DNA of 64,000 nucleotides from Candidatus Poribacteria bacterium (GTDB lineage Bacteria > Poribacteria > WGA-4E > JAJDTR01), in assembly GCA_965222225.1 (NCBI GenBank), contig CBDCTK010000002.1, forward strand, positions 64,001 to 128,000, written 5' to 3'. Below are positions 1-9,746 of this stretch, piece after piece; position 1 is the stretch's first letter, and every line of letters starts with the position of its first letter. A program made the translations under genes and the position numbers. The notes beneath the pieces were generated by a model, which had not been told where the DNA came from, did no database searches, and was given only the letters and a program-made list of their open reading frames with translations.

Positions 1-120
1 TTCCCTAACATACCAATACAGGAGCAATACCGGCTTATGGGTAATGCAGTGTGCGTACAATTAGCACAATTAGTCGCGCACGAATGCGCCAAGATTTTGA
101 AAGGGGAGAAAACAGAATGA
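1..120 (+). CDS. C-terminal end of a DNA (cytosine-5) methyltransferase (partial, window edge)
   Basis: Frame 1 reads FPNIPIQEQYRLMGNAVCVQLAQLVAHECAKILKGEKTE*. QYRLMGNAV matches C5-MTase motif X. The stop overlaps the next ATG (ATGA at 117-120), and a vsr gene lies downstream. Confidence 0.8.
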   Translation, partial: FPNIPIQEQYRLMGNAVCVQLAQLVAHECAKILKGEKTE

Positions 121-2068
121 GTTCAAAAATCGGCTGGGAGTTTCCGCCGACAAACGGCGGGCAGGAAGACGGGTATAACCACTCCGGCATTACACATTTC
201 GACGGAGCGCCTTTATCAAGCCTTGCCCGCGAAACTATTCAGAATTCGCTTGATGCGCCAGGGCCGCGAGGCGGATCGGTTCATGTTTCTTTTGAGTTGG
301 TTGAATTGGCTACGGAAAGCCTTGGGGGAGAGGAATTATTGACGGCCGTTGCGGCATGTGACCGGGAAGAATTTGACAGCACGAAAACGGAAGAGGCGCT
401 ACAAACGGCTCGGGAAACACTTAAGCAAGATAGCGTAAGTTGCCTGCGGATATCCGATCAGAATACAACTGGACTTGAAGGAGACAGATGGCGAACACTG
501 GTGAAGATGCAGGGGGCGAGCCATAAACCAGACACGGAAGGGGCAGGCGGGTCGCATGGGATTGGGAATACGCACCATTCGCGGTATCAAAGCTGCGTAC
601 GGTGTTTTATTGGACTTGCTACCAGGACAACGGAAGCCAGAGAGAGCGATTTCAAGGGAAATCAGTGCTCATGTCACATCAAGGTAAGCACGGTAAAACT
701 CAAGGCACCGGATTTTATGGAATCAAGGATCAGTGTCTCGAGTTGAATGATTCTGAGATTCCTCGTGAATTTCGAGTGCTTGGTACCAATGATGTATCAC
801 CTATATCCGGAACGAGTCTATCAATCGCAGGGTTCACGGCAATCGATAATTGGCGCAGACGGATTGCGTCAAGCGTGATTGAGAACTTCTTTTATGCTGT
901 TCACCAGGGCAAACTGACGGTCATAGTTGAGCCAGACGAAGATCAAAGTCAGCATGATTTACTCGAAATTGACAAGGAATCGATAAAGAAATGGTTCGAT
1001 TTCTTGGAAGAGAGTCCGGTTTGTATGGACGAGTCGGTAGAAGATGTCCGCCGTGAATTGAGAGAAGCACGTACGTTTTGGGAGCTTTCACAAGAGGCGC
1101 CGACAACGGAAACCCAAGACAAAGACCTTGGGCACTGCCAATTGTGGATACGCGTTGGCGAGAATCTACCAAGTAAAGTGGCGTTAATTCGGCGTACTGG
1201 GATGCTAATTACAAAACAACAAGATGGCTTAATACGATTCCGTGGCTACCAAGATTTCGTCGCTCTGTGCGTGTGCGAAGACCCAGAGGGCAACGAATTG
1301 CTCCGCAATATGGAAAACCCCCGACATGACAAGTTTGAGCCGGAGCGACTACCGGAAAACGAGAGAAACAAAGGACGGAGGGCTTTAAAGCGTATCACCA
1401 AATGGATACGTGAGGAAATTCGGAAAGTGGCAGGCCCACCTGCTGGCGGCCAGTCGACGGCGCTTGAAGAACTGGCAAAATTTCTACCGGATTTACAACC
1501 CGATGATGGGTTTGACGATTCTAACAGCGACAGAGAGAGTCGTGGAGAACCAGGTTTTGGCCAGCGGGTGAAAGTCGCACTCAAACAGGTGCCTCAGTCA
1601 GCGCCGAAGGGTTTGATGACGGAAGAGGATTCGGAGGATGACGGCAGCGACGGAGACGACACCGGCAATGCAGGTGGGAGCGGTGTGGGCGGAAACAGCG
1701 GCGAGGGCGGAAGTGGCGGTAAGGGCGACGGCGACGGTGAAGGCGGCACAGGAGGTCGTGGCGGAGCCAGAGTTTTGTCAACACCAATTCCGGTGTCGAG
1801 CGTCCGAGTGTTGCCGATCGACGGTCAGAAGAACCGTTACCGGCTCTGTTTCAGGGCGGACGGCGACGGCGATGCGCGACTTGAGTTGCATGAAGCTGGA
1901 GATTCATCTAGCGTTTCGCGACCGGACATTCGAACGGTTAATGACCACGAATCGCTTGAGCGGGTTCATCTGCAGAAAGGTAAGCGCAAAGAGGTGATCA
2001 TTACGGCCGAAATGCCAATCGGAGACAGGGCGTTACGGCTTCGGGCTATACGAGCCAAAGGAGATTAA
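117..2068 (+). pseudogene. GHKL/HATPase-like ATPase, about 650 aa, split by a 1-nt frameshift at about 567 (real lesion or sequencing error)
   Basis: N-box LARETIQNSLDA, G1-like ISDQNTTGL, G2-like GGSHGIG. Adding one A at 567-568 gives GSHGIGKYAPFAVSKLRTVFYW and joins ORF 51..746 to 602..2068. RBS AAGGGGAG precedes ATG 117. Gly/acidic linker near the C-terminus. Confidence 0.75.
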
Positions 2069-2071
2069 CAA

Positions 2072-2938
2072 ATGATTTTTGACGCTGGCAAAGCTTGGCC
2101 ACATCCGGTGCTGCGTCCTCCTATTTATGGCGACGACTATCCGCGAGCCGAATTTGAAGTCGATATCGAAGTCAAGTGCGTGAAAGGGAGCACCGAGGTC
2201 GACATCTATGTGCATTTCGAACTCAGTGATCCGGATCTTCGAGCGTTAGTGGAAGACGGTGTGGCACAGTATGTGCTGCTGATAAAGTCGTCCACAACCC
2301 ACTTTCGCAGGTGTTTCCAGTCAGCTGACCCGCGGTTAATGCATTCCTTTCCTGCCGGCGACTTGAGTGGTAAGGTGGAATTCGCTTCTTATCTAATCTG
2401 TAGCCGTGACATTCACAATTTTAATGCGACGGGTTGGCATTCTGATTTTGACGGTAAGACGTTCAGCATTGCAACTGGATCCGTGCTTGCGGAGGACAAG
2501 CCTAAGCATTACTGGCTGTACACGTCGCCAGAAGCGCCAATCGGCTCGATTTTTGAACTTAGCCCTCGTTCCAAACATCCCGACCGCTACTGGGAGTATA
2601 ATCTTGAACATGAGCGTGTCTTGATTGTAATGTCGACCCATGATGCGGAACTGCTAACATCGGCCCGATCCCAGTTGTCCGATCGAGGCGAGGGCTACTA
2701 TCTATTGAATGGGCTTTATTTTCCCGCTTTGCTGGCTGTGTTGACTGAGGCGGATCGCTACGCGGGAAACTTCGAAGACTATCGATGGTTTGCATCGCTC
2801 AATCAACGCTTGGAGGAAGTCGGTTGTGATTCCCTTGGGTCTGAAAACGCCAATCGTGTGGTTGATGCCCAAAAGATACTAGACTTTCCCTTCACAAAGA
2901 TGCCTCTAATTGCAAAAGAGGAGAACAGTAACGAATGA
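2072..2938 (+). CDS. Conserved hypothetical protein (N-terminal WPHPVL...DDY motif) of the methyltransferase operon
   Basis: 288-aa ORF with a GGAG RBS, 3 nt after the upstream stop, overlapping the next gene by ATGA. Confidence 0.75.
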   Translation: MIFDAGKAWPHPVLRPPIYGDDYPRAEFEVDIEVKCVKGSTEVDIYVHFELSDPDLRALVEDGVAQYVLLIKSSTTHFRRCFQSADPRLMHSFPAGDLSGKVEFASYLICSRDIHNFNATGWHSDFDGKTFSIATGSVLAEDKPKHYWLYTSPEAPIGSIFELSPRSKHPDRYWEYNLEHERVLIVMSTHDAELLTSARSQLSDRGEGYYLLNGLYFPALLAVLTEADRYAGNFEDYRWFASLNQRLEEVGCDSLGSENANRVVDAQKILDFPFTKMPLIAKEENSNE

Positions 2939-3684
2939 CGCAAGTGCGTTACTATACGACAGCCACACTAGAAGAGTTGCGGAATAACGTCGATGATAAT
3001 TTGGATTGGTATTATACACCAGAAGGGTCACCGCCTCAAGCTACTACGTGGAATGACATAAGGCAGTCAAACATCACGGGAACCACGCTGAACGGAAAGT
3101 TAGAGATCGATTCGCAACGGTCGCCTAAGACGGACATTGCGAATGCGATTACGGTTTTCGAAGCATTGTCAGACTTAACGCCACATCAGGCATCCTTTGA
3201 GCGGTTGTGGGCATATCTTTGCCACTGCGATTGTCCTAAGTATGTCGCGCGTCGCTGGCTGAAAACTCGCCCAGATGACCGTAAAGAGGCTGTTCGAAAA
3301 GTTTTCAATCATTTTTTTGCGAAAGGAAACAGAGCACTGATACGAGACAACGGAGTCTCCAGGCTCTGGTGGCTGGGAAAAATCGCGCACGATATAGACC
3401 CGGAAGAACCGTCAAGGTTCTTATCCATCCTCTTGCACAGACAGGATGTGAGGTCTGCATTGATAGAACGTCCGTCAATATCAATGAACCGAAGAGTACT
3501 TCGGGCCATTTACGAAGTTATGATGACGCAATGGCTTAATGGTGGTGCGTTGTTTGAACGCAAAACCTTCCGACGCTGGATGGTAGCGTTGAATCGACGT
3601 GGGGGAGTTGTGTTATTGGACGCGCTTCCGGACGATGCTCTCGCGGGACTGTTACGCGAAGAGGCAGAACAGGCGCTCAAGTGA
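2935..3684 (+). CDS. DUF6339-like protein
   Basis: Motifs DIANAITVFEALSDLTPHQASFERLWAYLCH and RALIRDNGVSRLWW, recalled as typical of this family; translationally coupled. Confidence 0.65.
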   Translation: MTQVRYYTTATLEELRNNVDDNLDWYYTPEGSPPQATTWNDIRQSNITGTTLNGKLEIDSQRSPKTDIANAITVFEALSDLTPHQASFERLWAYLCHCDCPKYVARRWLKTRPDDRKEAVRKVFNHFFAKGNRALIRDNGVSRLWWLGKIAHDIDPEEPSRFLSILLHRQDVRSALIERPSISMNRRVLRAIYEVMMTQWLNGGALFERKTFRRWMVALNRRGGVVLLDALPDDALAGLLREEAEQALK

Positions 3685-3691
3685 GAGACGT

Positions 3692-4126
3692 ATGGACAAC
3701 CTTTCGTCCGCTGACCGCTCATGGTGCATGTCTCGTATTCGATCGAAGGGCATGAAGCCGGAACTAGCCGTTCGTTCAATGGTACACCGCTTAGGGTATC
3801 GGTTCCGGCTGCACCGCCAGGACTTGCCGGGCAGGCCAGACATAGTACTGCCCCGCCACAAGGCGGTTATCTTTGTAAATGGCTGTTTCTGGCATTGGCA
3901 TCCCGACCCTGAATGTCCGATTGCTGGCTTGCCGAAGTCAAACATTCAGTATTGGAAGCCAAAGCTAGCACGCACTCGGATCAGAGATCAAGAACACATA
4001 GCCTGCCTTAAGAACGAAGGTTGGCGCGTTTTAACGGTATGGGAATGTCAACTTCAGAATTCTGTCGATGTCCTTCATCAAATCCACGTGTTTCTTGAGA
4101 CTGCTAACAACGTAGCCGCAGATTAA
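3692..4126 (+). CDS. vsr: Very short patch repair endonuclease
   Basis: MDNLS...RSWCMSRIRSKGMKPE, DLPGRPDIVLP, VIFVNGCFWH, GWRVLTVWECQ; start moved to ATG 3692. Confidence 0.92.
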   Translation: MDNLSSADRSWCMSRIRSKGMKPELAVRSMVHRLGYRFRLHRQDLPGRPDIVLPRHKAVIFVNGCFWHWHPDPECPIAGLPKSNIQYWKPKLARTRIRDQEHIACLKNEGWRVLTVWECQLQNSVDVLHQIHVFLETANNVAAD

Positions 4127-4218
4127 TCGTAGTTTGACTCAAAAGAAAGCGTCTTCAGCCAATCAACTAACATACTTGATCGAAGACATTTGACCCCTCT
4201 TGGAAAAGGAAATCGTAG

Positions 4219-5121
4219 TTGATGCAAGATGGAATGGCATTCGCTGATTTTCTAACAAACATCCCGCCCAACCAATGCGAACTTGTCGAAGATATAAGCA
4301 TTCATCAGAGTAATGCACCTCCTGTAAGGTCATACTACCTTCGTGCTCCCGAACTCGAACTTTACTGCCAAACATGCAAAGGCGGTAGAACATTTCGGTG
4401 CGCGACTCGTATCCCAGTATCCAATTCAATAATTGCTGGGGCAAATAAAATCCAATCTGAGGTTGACACACCTAGAGAGACTGCGTACCTCCATATTCAC
4501 TATCAGTGTTCAAATTGCCAAAAATCAGAGAAAATCTATTCTTTGGCAATAAAAATTTCCATGTTTGAACCGCCCAATTATACTGCTCATTGTTGCAAAC
4601 TTGGTGAAATCCCCTCTTTCGGGCCCCACATACCGGTAACCCTCACTGGACTAATGTCTTCCGACGAATTACTTCTCTTTGAAAAAGGAGCGAAATCCGA
4701 AAGTGCCGGCTATGGCATAGGCGCGTATACATACTACAGAAGAATAGTGGAAAGCCAAGTCGACACATTATTGAGCAAAACCGTCGAAGTATTGCATGTC
4801 AATCGCCCGCCTGATTTTGAAGTACAAATTGACATACTACGGAAGGCCATTGGCCAGAAAATGGTTGGGGCTAAGCTGAATACAGCAAAGGATAGCAGGC
4901 CACAATTCCTTTTCTATAATGGCAAGGACCTATTATCCGTGCTGAATGAAAGACTCGGCCTAGCGATTCATAATTACAGCGATGAAGAATGCCTAAGCCT
5001 TGCACGGCACATTAGAAGGGTGTTGGTCGAAATTTGTGAAAGAATATCCGAGTTTTCGAAACAGAGCGCAGAGTTAGACGAATCTGTTTCCGCATTAAAT
5101 CCACCAAAGAACATAAGCTAG
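4219..5121 (+). CDS. Hypothetical protein with two CxxC pairs and a DUF4145/HEPN-like helical C-terminal half
   Basis: CQTC and CSNC motifs; GAYTYYRRIVE; LGLAIHNYSDEEC. Confidence 0.6.
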   Translation: MMQDGMAFADFLTNIPPNQCELVEDISIHQSNAPPVRSYYLRAPELELYCQTCKGGRTFRCATRIPVSNSIIAGANKIQSEVDTPRETAYLHIHYQCSNCQKSEKIYSLAIKISMFEPPNYTAHCCKLGEIPSFGPHIPVTLTGLMSSDELLLFEKGAKSESAGYGIGAYTYYRRIVESQVDTLLSKTVEVLHVNRPPDFEVQIDILRKAIGQKMVGAKLNTAKDSRPQFLFYNGKDLLSVLNERLGLAIHNYSDEECLSLARHIRRVLVEICERISEFSKQSAELDESVSALNPPKNIS

Positions 5122-5347
5122 TATCACTCACAGCGCACTTCACATTCTATAAGGAAACTGCAGATAGTTTTGCGATATCGCTGCCCTAACCTACTCGCAG
5201 CAATCATCACCAAAGTTTGGCTCAATCAAGTACAGAATTTTCCGTGGGCTGACTATCGCAGTACTTGTCGAAACCGTTCATCGCTCGTTACTCAGACGCT
5301 TGAACGCTATCAACTCGTTTGATTCCAAACATCATGGACTTTGCACA

Positions 5348-5414
5348 TTGCACTCCGCTGGAGTGCAAGTCGAGACTATGGGTTGGCTATCGACATAGCA
5401 CTGCTCTGCAGTGC
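5348..5414. repeat. Pair of REP-like palindromes
   Basis: TTGCACTCCGCTGGAGTGCAA (5348-5368) and GCACTGCTCTGCAGTGC (5398-5414). Confidence 0.65.
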
Positions 5415-5460
5415 AAAGGCGTGGCTATCGATTGGCTAAAGACATTATAGATTTCTATGG

Positions 5461-5495
5461 GATTTCTATCGCGCTCCTTATTCAGTCGCTTGATC
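5461..5495 (+). repeat. 35-bp dispersed element, copy A
   Basis: GATTTCTATCGCGCTCCTTATTCAGTCGCTTGATC, followed by GCATTCTAC. Confidence 0.75.
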
Positions 5496-5679
5496 GCATT
5501 CTACAAATATGGTGCATGAATGCCATCTTGATTTGATAAGCGCAGCACGCGATTGCCTAGAGAAAACGCTCTTTGCAATGGACACTCATCGCATTGTATG
5601 ATAGCATAGGCTGAAGTGGAAGATTGGCCATAACCAAAGCGGCAGACCTACAAAAGATGGGGCACGCTAAGCAGACACC

Positions 5680-5963
5680 CATAGGGATCAAGTTAAGCGT
5701 TTTAGGGTGCATGTCACGTGGTTTCAATGTCGTAAACTGCTAATTTCCATGTAAACTTGGACGAGGAAATACCAATCCATTGATTGATGGGTGAGCCACA
5801 GAAGATGATTTGTGGCGCTCGTTTCCGTAAGGGCGTGGCCCGGTGCGGTTGGAGGGATCTCTATCGCCCTCGTTGTCCACTCGGTTGATCGCACCTACCG
5901 TCTGGAGCACGACGGGAAAACCCCACCAAATGCTAGACAAACTCTCTTAAATTGATCCTCATG
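5680..5963. mobile_element. Non-autonomous MITE, 284 bp, with 18-bp terminal inverted repeats and a 20-bp target duplication
   Basis: TIRs CATAGGGATCAAGTTAAG and CTTAAATTGATCCTCATG (15/18 match). Flanking direct repeats GG(G/T)CACGCTAAGCAGACACC at 5660-5679 and 5964-5983 (19/20). Confidence 0.8.
5856..5890 (+). repeat. 35-bp dispersed element, copy B, inside a REP hairpin (5842-5898)
   Basis: GATCTCTATCGCCCTCGTTGTCCACTCGGTTGATC between arms GGTGCG and CGCACC-TAC. Confidence 0.75.
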
Positions 5964-6007
5964 GGTCACGCTAAGCAGACACCAAACAGAATAGGCGAAA
6001 CGATCAC

Positions 6008-6802
6008 ATGAACACAGCCATTGAGATTAGCGAAGAACACAAACAACAATATAAGGACGAAGGCTACTTTATTCTTGAAAACGCCATCCCGGAGCAATTG
6101 CTTGACCTGCTTCGAAGTGAGTGTCAGCATTTCATTGACCTCCTGGATACTCGAATGGATGAGAATGGTACCGATGTAATGGGTCTAAATCATCGAAATA
6201 AGCGTTATTTTGCTTCCAACTGCTATCTGCAACAACCTAAATTGCGAAAATTTCTTTTCAGCGAAATGATAGCCGACATTTGCCGTGCTACGCTCGGCGA
6301 CAACGCCTATCTGTTTTGGGAGCAGTACGTGGTCAAGGGGGCATCTGAAGGCATGAAGTTTAGTTGGCATCAAGATTCGGGATATGTTGGTTATCCCGAC
6401 CACAAACCGTATCTTACATGTTGGTGTGCGCTTGATGACATGTCAGAGGAAAACGGCACCGTCTACGTCATGCCGTTTTCACACATCGGTATCCGATCGT
6501 GGGTCAAGCATATCCGCGAGGAGGGAAGCAACGACCTTGTAGGCTACTTCGGCGAGAAAAAGGGGGTTCCGGTGGTCGCTCCAGCCGGGAGCATCGCCGC
6601 TTTTACAAGCGTCAATTTCCATTCCAGCAGCGCAAATCGAACGCCGCAACTTCGCCGCGCATTTATAGCGCAATATTCCAGCGAGCCGCTTCTCTCACAG
6701 GATGGAACGAGATTGTGGGGCGGTGCCGAGCCTCTTTTGATTGACGGTAAAGGTGCGGTTGGAATGCCACCTCCGGATATGCCAAGCCGATTTGACGAGT
6801 AG
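6008..6802 (+). CDS. Phytanoyl-CoA dioxygenase (PhyH) family Fe(II)/2-oxoglutarate oxygenase
   Basis: YKDEGYFILE, WHQD (HxD), WCALDD..EENG, distal H in FHSS, RR motif. Confidence 0.9.
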   Translation: MNTAIEISEEHKQQYKDEGYFILENAIPEQLLDLLRSECQHFIDLLDTRMDENGTDVMGLNHRNKRYFASNCYLQQPKLRKFLFSEMIADICRATLGDNAYLFWEQYVVKGASEGMKFSWHQDSGYVGYPDHKPYLTCWCALDDMSEENGTVYVMPFSHIGIRSWVKHIREEGSNDLVGYFGEKKGVPVVAPAGSIAAFTSVNFHSSSANRTPQLRRAFIAQYSSEPLLSQDGTRLWGGAEPLLIDGKGAVGMPPPDMPSRFDE

Positions 6803-6863
6803 ATAGAAATATCGACCAAACCCACGAGATGCTGCGGGATGGTGAACAGAATTGGGTGAGGAT

Positions 6864-7970
6864 TTAATTCACTGATGGGTTGAAGGGTTCAAGCGATATT
6901 GACGGTACCCCCGTTGTGATTAGCTCACTGATGAGGACACCGGTAATCGGCGCCAGTAAGATGCCATTTTTGAAATGCCCGGAAGCAATGATTACATTAT
7001 CTAAATCGGGCGCTTTTCCAAGACAGGGTCCGTTTTTAATATGAGGACGCAGCCCTGCCCAAGCTTGCGCAAAAGGCATTCCCGCTAGTTCGGGAATCAA
7101 CGTTGTGCCTGCCTCAATCATCTGCTGTATACCTTCCAACGTTGTTCGCTTGTCGTACCCCACGAACTCGACTGTCGCCCCAATCAGAATCACCCCATCC
7201 GATCGGGGAACAAGGTAAACCCCCAGACCGTCGATTGTGTGTCTCAACACGAGGGGCATAGCGTCGACGAGCACTATCTGCCCGCGCGACGGCTGAATTG
7301 GGAGGTGAAAACCGAGTTCTTGAGTCAGTGCTCCCGACCAGCAGCCGGCAGCAACAACTATCGTGTCTCCGCGGAAGAATTTGCCGTTTACCTTGACGCC
7401 AGAGATTCGGTGGTTTTCGCGTACGAAGCCGTCAACTGGATTACCGAGCAAAAACTGCGTGCCTAGCTGCGCAGCCCCCTTTGCGAGCGCCTTGACGAGT
7501 TTCGGGTTACGAACTTGAGCATCCTCGGGAAACCGCACACCGCCCACCACTGATTTTGATGCAGCAGGTTCTATCTCCCATATCTGTTCCGCCGCCAACA
7601 CCTCCGCCGAGAACCCGCGATCTATTCGTCGCTCCGCCAGTCCAATTAAGCCGGTTTTCTCCTCCTCATTGAAAAACAGCGAGAGTGTCCCAGATCGGAT
7701 GAATTCAATATCAATCTGCGTACGTGCTTTCAGGTCGTCCGTCAACGATGGATAAAGAGCAAGGCTTGCCCGACACAGTTCTGGATACGGTTGCCGGGTT
7801 GACGCGTGCGATGTCAGAATGCCTGCTCCCGCCCAAGATGCCTCTCGACCTACGCCATCGGCTTTGTCAATCACCAATGTCTTTACGCCGGCTTTGCCTA
7901 GATTGTAGGCGATAGCACAGCCGATTACGCCCGCTCCGATAATTATAACATCTGAGCCCACGGTTGGCAC
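6864..7970 (-). CDS. thiO: Glycine oxidase ThiO-like FAD oxidoreductase (DAO family)
   Basis: GAGVIG FAD motif, ASWAGAGIL, YLVPR, WAGLRP, GHFKNGILLAPITG. Confidence 0.8.
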   Translation of the reverse strand: MPTVGSDVIIIGAGVIGCAIAYNLGKAGVKTLVIDKADGVGREASWAGAGILTSHASTRQPYPELCRASLALYPSLTDDLKARTQIDIEFIRSGTLSLFFNEEEKTGLIGLAERRIDRGFSAEVLAAEQIWEIEPAASKSVVGGVRFPEDAQVRNPKLVKALAKGAAQLGTQFLLGNPVDGFVRENHRISGVKVNGKFFRGDTIVVAAGCWSGALTQELGFHLPIQPSRGQIVLVDAMPLVLRHTIDGLGVYLVPRSDGVILIGATVEFVGYDKRTTLEGIQQMIEAGTTLIPELAGMPFAQAWAGLRPHIKNGPCLGKAPDLDNVIIASGHFKNGILLAPITGVLISELITTGVPSISLEPFNPSVN

Positions 7971-7991
7971 TCCACGATAATAAAAGGCTAA

Positions 7992-8192
7992 TTAATTGTC
8001 CATTCGCCTGCTAAACTTACGCGCTTTCGCCCGTTTCTGTTTTGCTTCCCTCTGTTTTCGTTTCTTTTTCTCCGAGGGCTTTTCGTAAAACTTGCGCCGC
8101 CTTATCTCTCTGAAAAGCCCTTCCTTCTGAAGCTGACGTTTAAAAACCTTTAGAGCCTTTTCGACATCGTTGTTATAAACCCTTGTTTCCAC
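7992..8192 (-). CDS. rpsU: 30S ribosomal protein S21
   Basis: VEKALKVFKRQLQKEGLFREIRRRKFYEKPSEKKKRK; AAGGAGG RBS. Confidence 0.95.
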   Translation of the reverse strand: METRVYNNDVEKALKVFKRQLQKEGLFREIRRRKFYEKPSEKKKRKQREAKQKRAKARKFSRRMDN

Positions 8193-8669
8193 ATTTATTC
8201 CTCCTTAATTGATTGTTTGTTATTTATGCCATTGCCAACTCAAATTTAGTTTCGACCGCCACCAAGTCAGATCGTATTTCACGCGACTCTCGGACTGTTG
8301 AAGCAGAATTTTGAGTTATCATTCTTGGAGTTCGTGTCAATACTGTCAGACCGACGCTTGTACAGCAATTACAAGAGCAACTACCTGTATCCGAAAGCGC
8401 AGCATGAGTGCAACTCCAGTGGAATAACCAGTGAGTCCAAACGGATATAGCGGGCCAAGATAGTCAGGATATTTCTTAGTCGTTTCATGGTTAATCCTTC
8501 CCGCAGTTCAATCAGGGCCCGAAACCATAAACATTAGTATTATACCCTATTTTTTGTGAAAACCCTACTTAAAATCATCGTATTAGTTTTAATGAAGCGG
8601 AGAAATCACATTACAATCGTGGAAGTCGGATAAATAGTGGTTCCATTGCTTTGGCGGAAGCAATTGTGA

Positions 8670-8698
8670 TTGACGGATTTGCCGAATTGTCGTAAGAT
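8670..8698 (+). promoter_or_regulatory. Putative sigma70 promoter
   Basis: TTGACG-17 bp-TAAGAT upstream of 8822. Confidence 0.45.
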
Positions 8699-8821
8699 TT
8701 AGTTGCGTTCTCTGTCGTTATTTATCACTTTACTCAGCTACCAAAAGGCAAAGTCAAACCTGATTCACAAAGCAGGACGCCCGAAGGATAAAGTAAGTCT
8801 TAACAGAGAGGAAATGAAACA

Positions 8822-9571
8822 ATGCCACTCACTAAACAACAGATAAGGGCTTATGAGACGGAAGGATTCGTTTCAGGCATTCCGATTGAGAACGAGGCAG
8901 GAGCCTTGCGTTATCAACGTCAGTTTGATGCCTTGGAGGCTAAACAGGGCAGGGAAAAATGCCAAACCGGTATGCTTGACCGCCATTTCGATCTGGAATT
9001 TATTTGGCAGTTGGCGACACACCCGAAAATCCTTGAATGCATTGAAGACCTCATGGGCCCAGACGTCCTGCTCTTAGCAACACATGCTTTCTGCAAATAC
9101 GGCCCACAGAAGAAATTTGTCGCATGGCATCAAGATGTAACCTATTGGGGGCTTGAGCCACCGGAAGCGTTGACCGCGTGGTATGCTATTGACGATAGCG
9201 ATCGAGAGAACGGATGTATGCGGGTAATTCCCGGCACCCACCTGGGCTTTCGAGAACACGGAAAGTCTGAGAGGGAAGGAAATTTGTTGAGCGTCAATCA
9301 AGAGGCAGCCGTTAGCGAAGATGAGGAAAAAGGTGCCGTAGACTTTGTCTTGAAAGCGGGGGAAATCTCAATTCATCACGGAACAATTATCCACGGCAGC
9401 TTGCCGAACCGGTCCACACGTCGACGTTGTGGCTTGACCATCCGCTATATTCCCCCGTGGGTTAAGCCCGTTGACTCGGCTTCGGTGAAGCGGTGGAAGG
9501 CTATTCTACTCCGCGGTCAAGCCAGATATAAGAATTTTGAGACGACACCAAAACCGTTTCCAATGTCGTAA
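8822..9571 (+). CDS. Phytanoyl-CoA dioxygenase (PhyH) family oxygenase
   Basis: WHQDVTYWGL, WYAIDD..RENGCMRVIPGTH, IHGSLPNRSTRRRCG. Confidence 0.9.
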   Translation: MPLTKQQIRAYETEGFVSGIPIENEAGALRYQRQFDALEAKQGREKCQTGMLDRHFDLEFIWQLATHPKILECIEDLMGPDVLLLATHAFCKYGPQKKFVAWHQDVTYWGLEPPEALTAWYAIDDSDRENGCMRVIPGTHLGFREHGKSEREGNLLSVNQEAAVSEDEEKGAVDFVLKAGEISIHHGTIIHGSLPNRSTRRRCGLTIRYIPPWVKPVDSASVKRWKAILLRGQARYKNFETTPKPFPMS

Positions 9572-9746
9572 TCGGTTGTGCAGATTAAGGCGCAAACTCA
9601 AGTGGTGGATGGAATAGTACAGTGCGTCCGAGGCCTGCCTAAATTTGCGTTATACGCGCCAGCCTACATCCGGCAAATGCAGGCACGTGGTTCAATTTGT
9701 TGCGCACTTGCATGAGCCAGCCGCTTCACATGAGGAGGGTTTAGAT

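Noticed and set aside
8381-8488. 35-aa minus-strand ORF with an RBS upstream of rpsU
   Set aside because: No recognisable motif, so it cannot be supported from sequence alone.
8740-8790. c-di-GMP-I riboswitch-like words (GGCAAA...GGACGC)
   Set aside because: No convincing GNRA-capped P2 or P3 stem.
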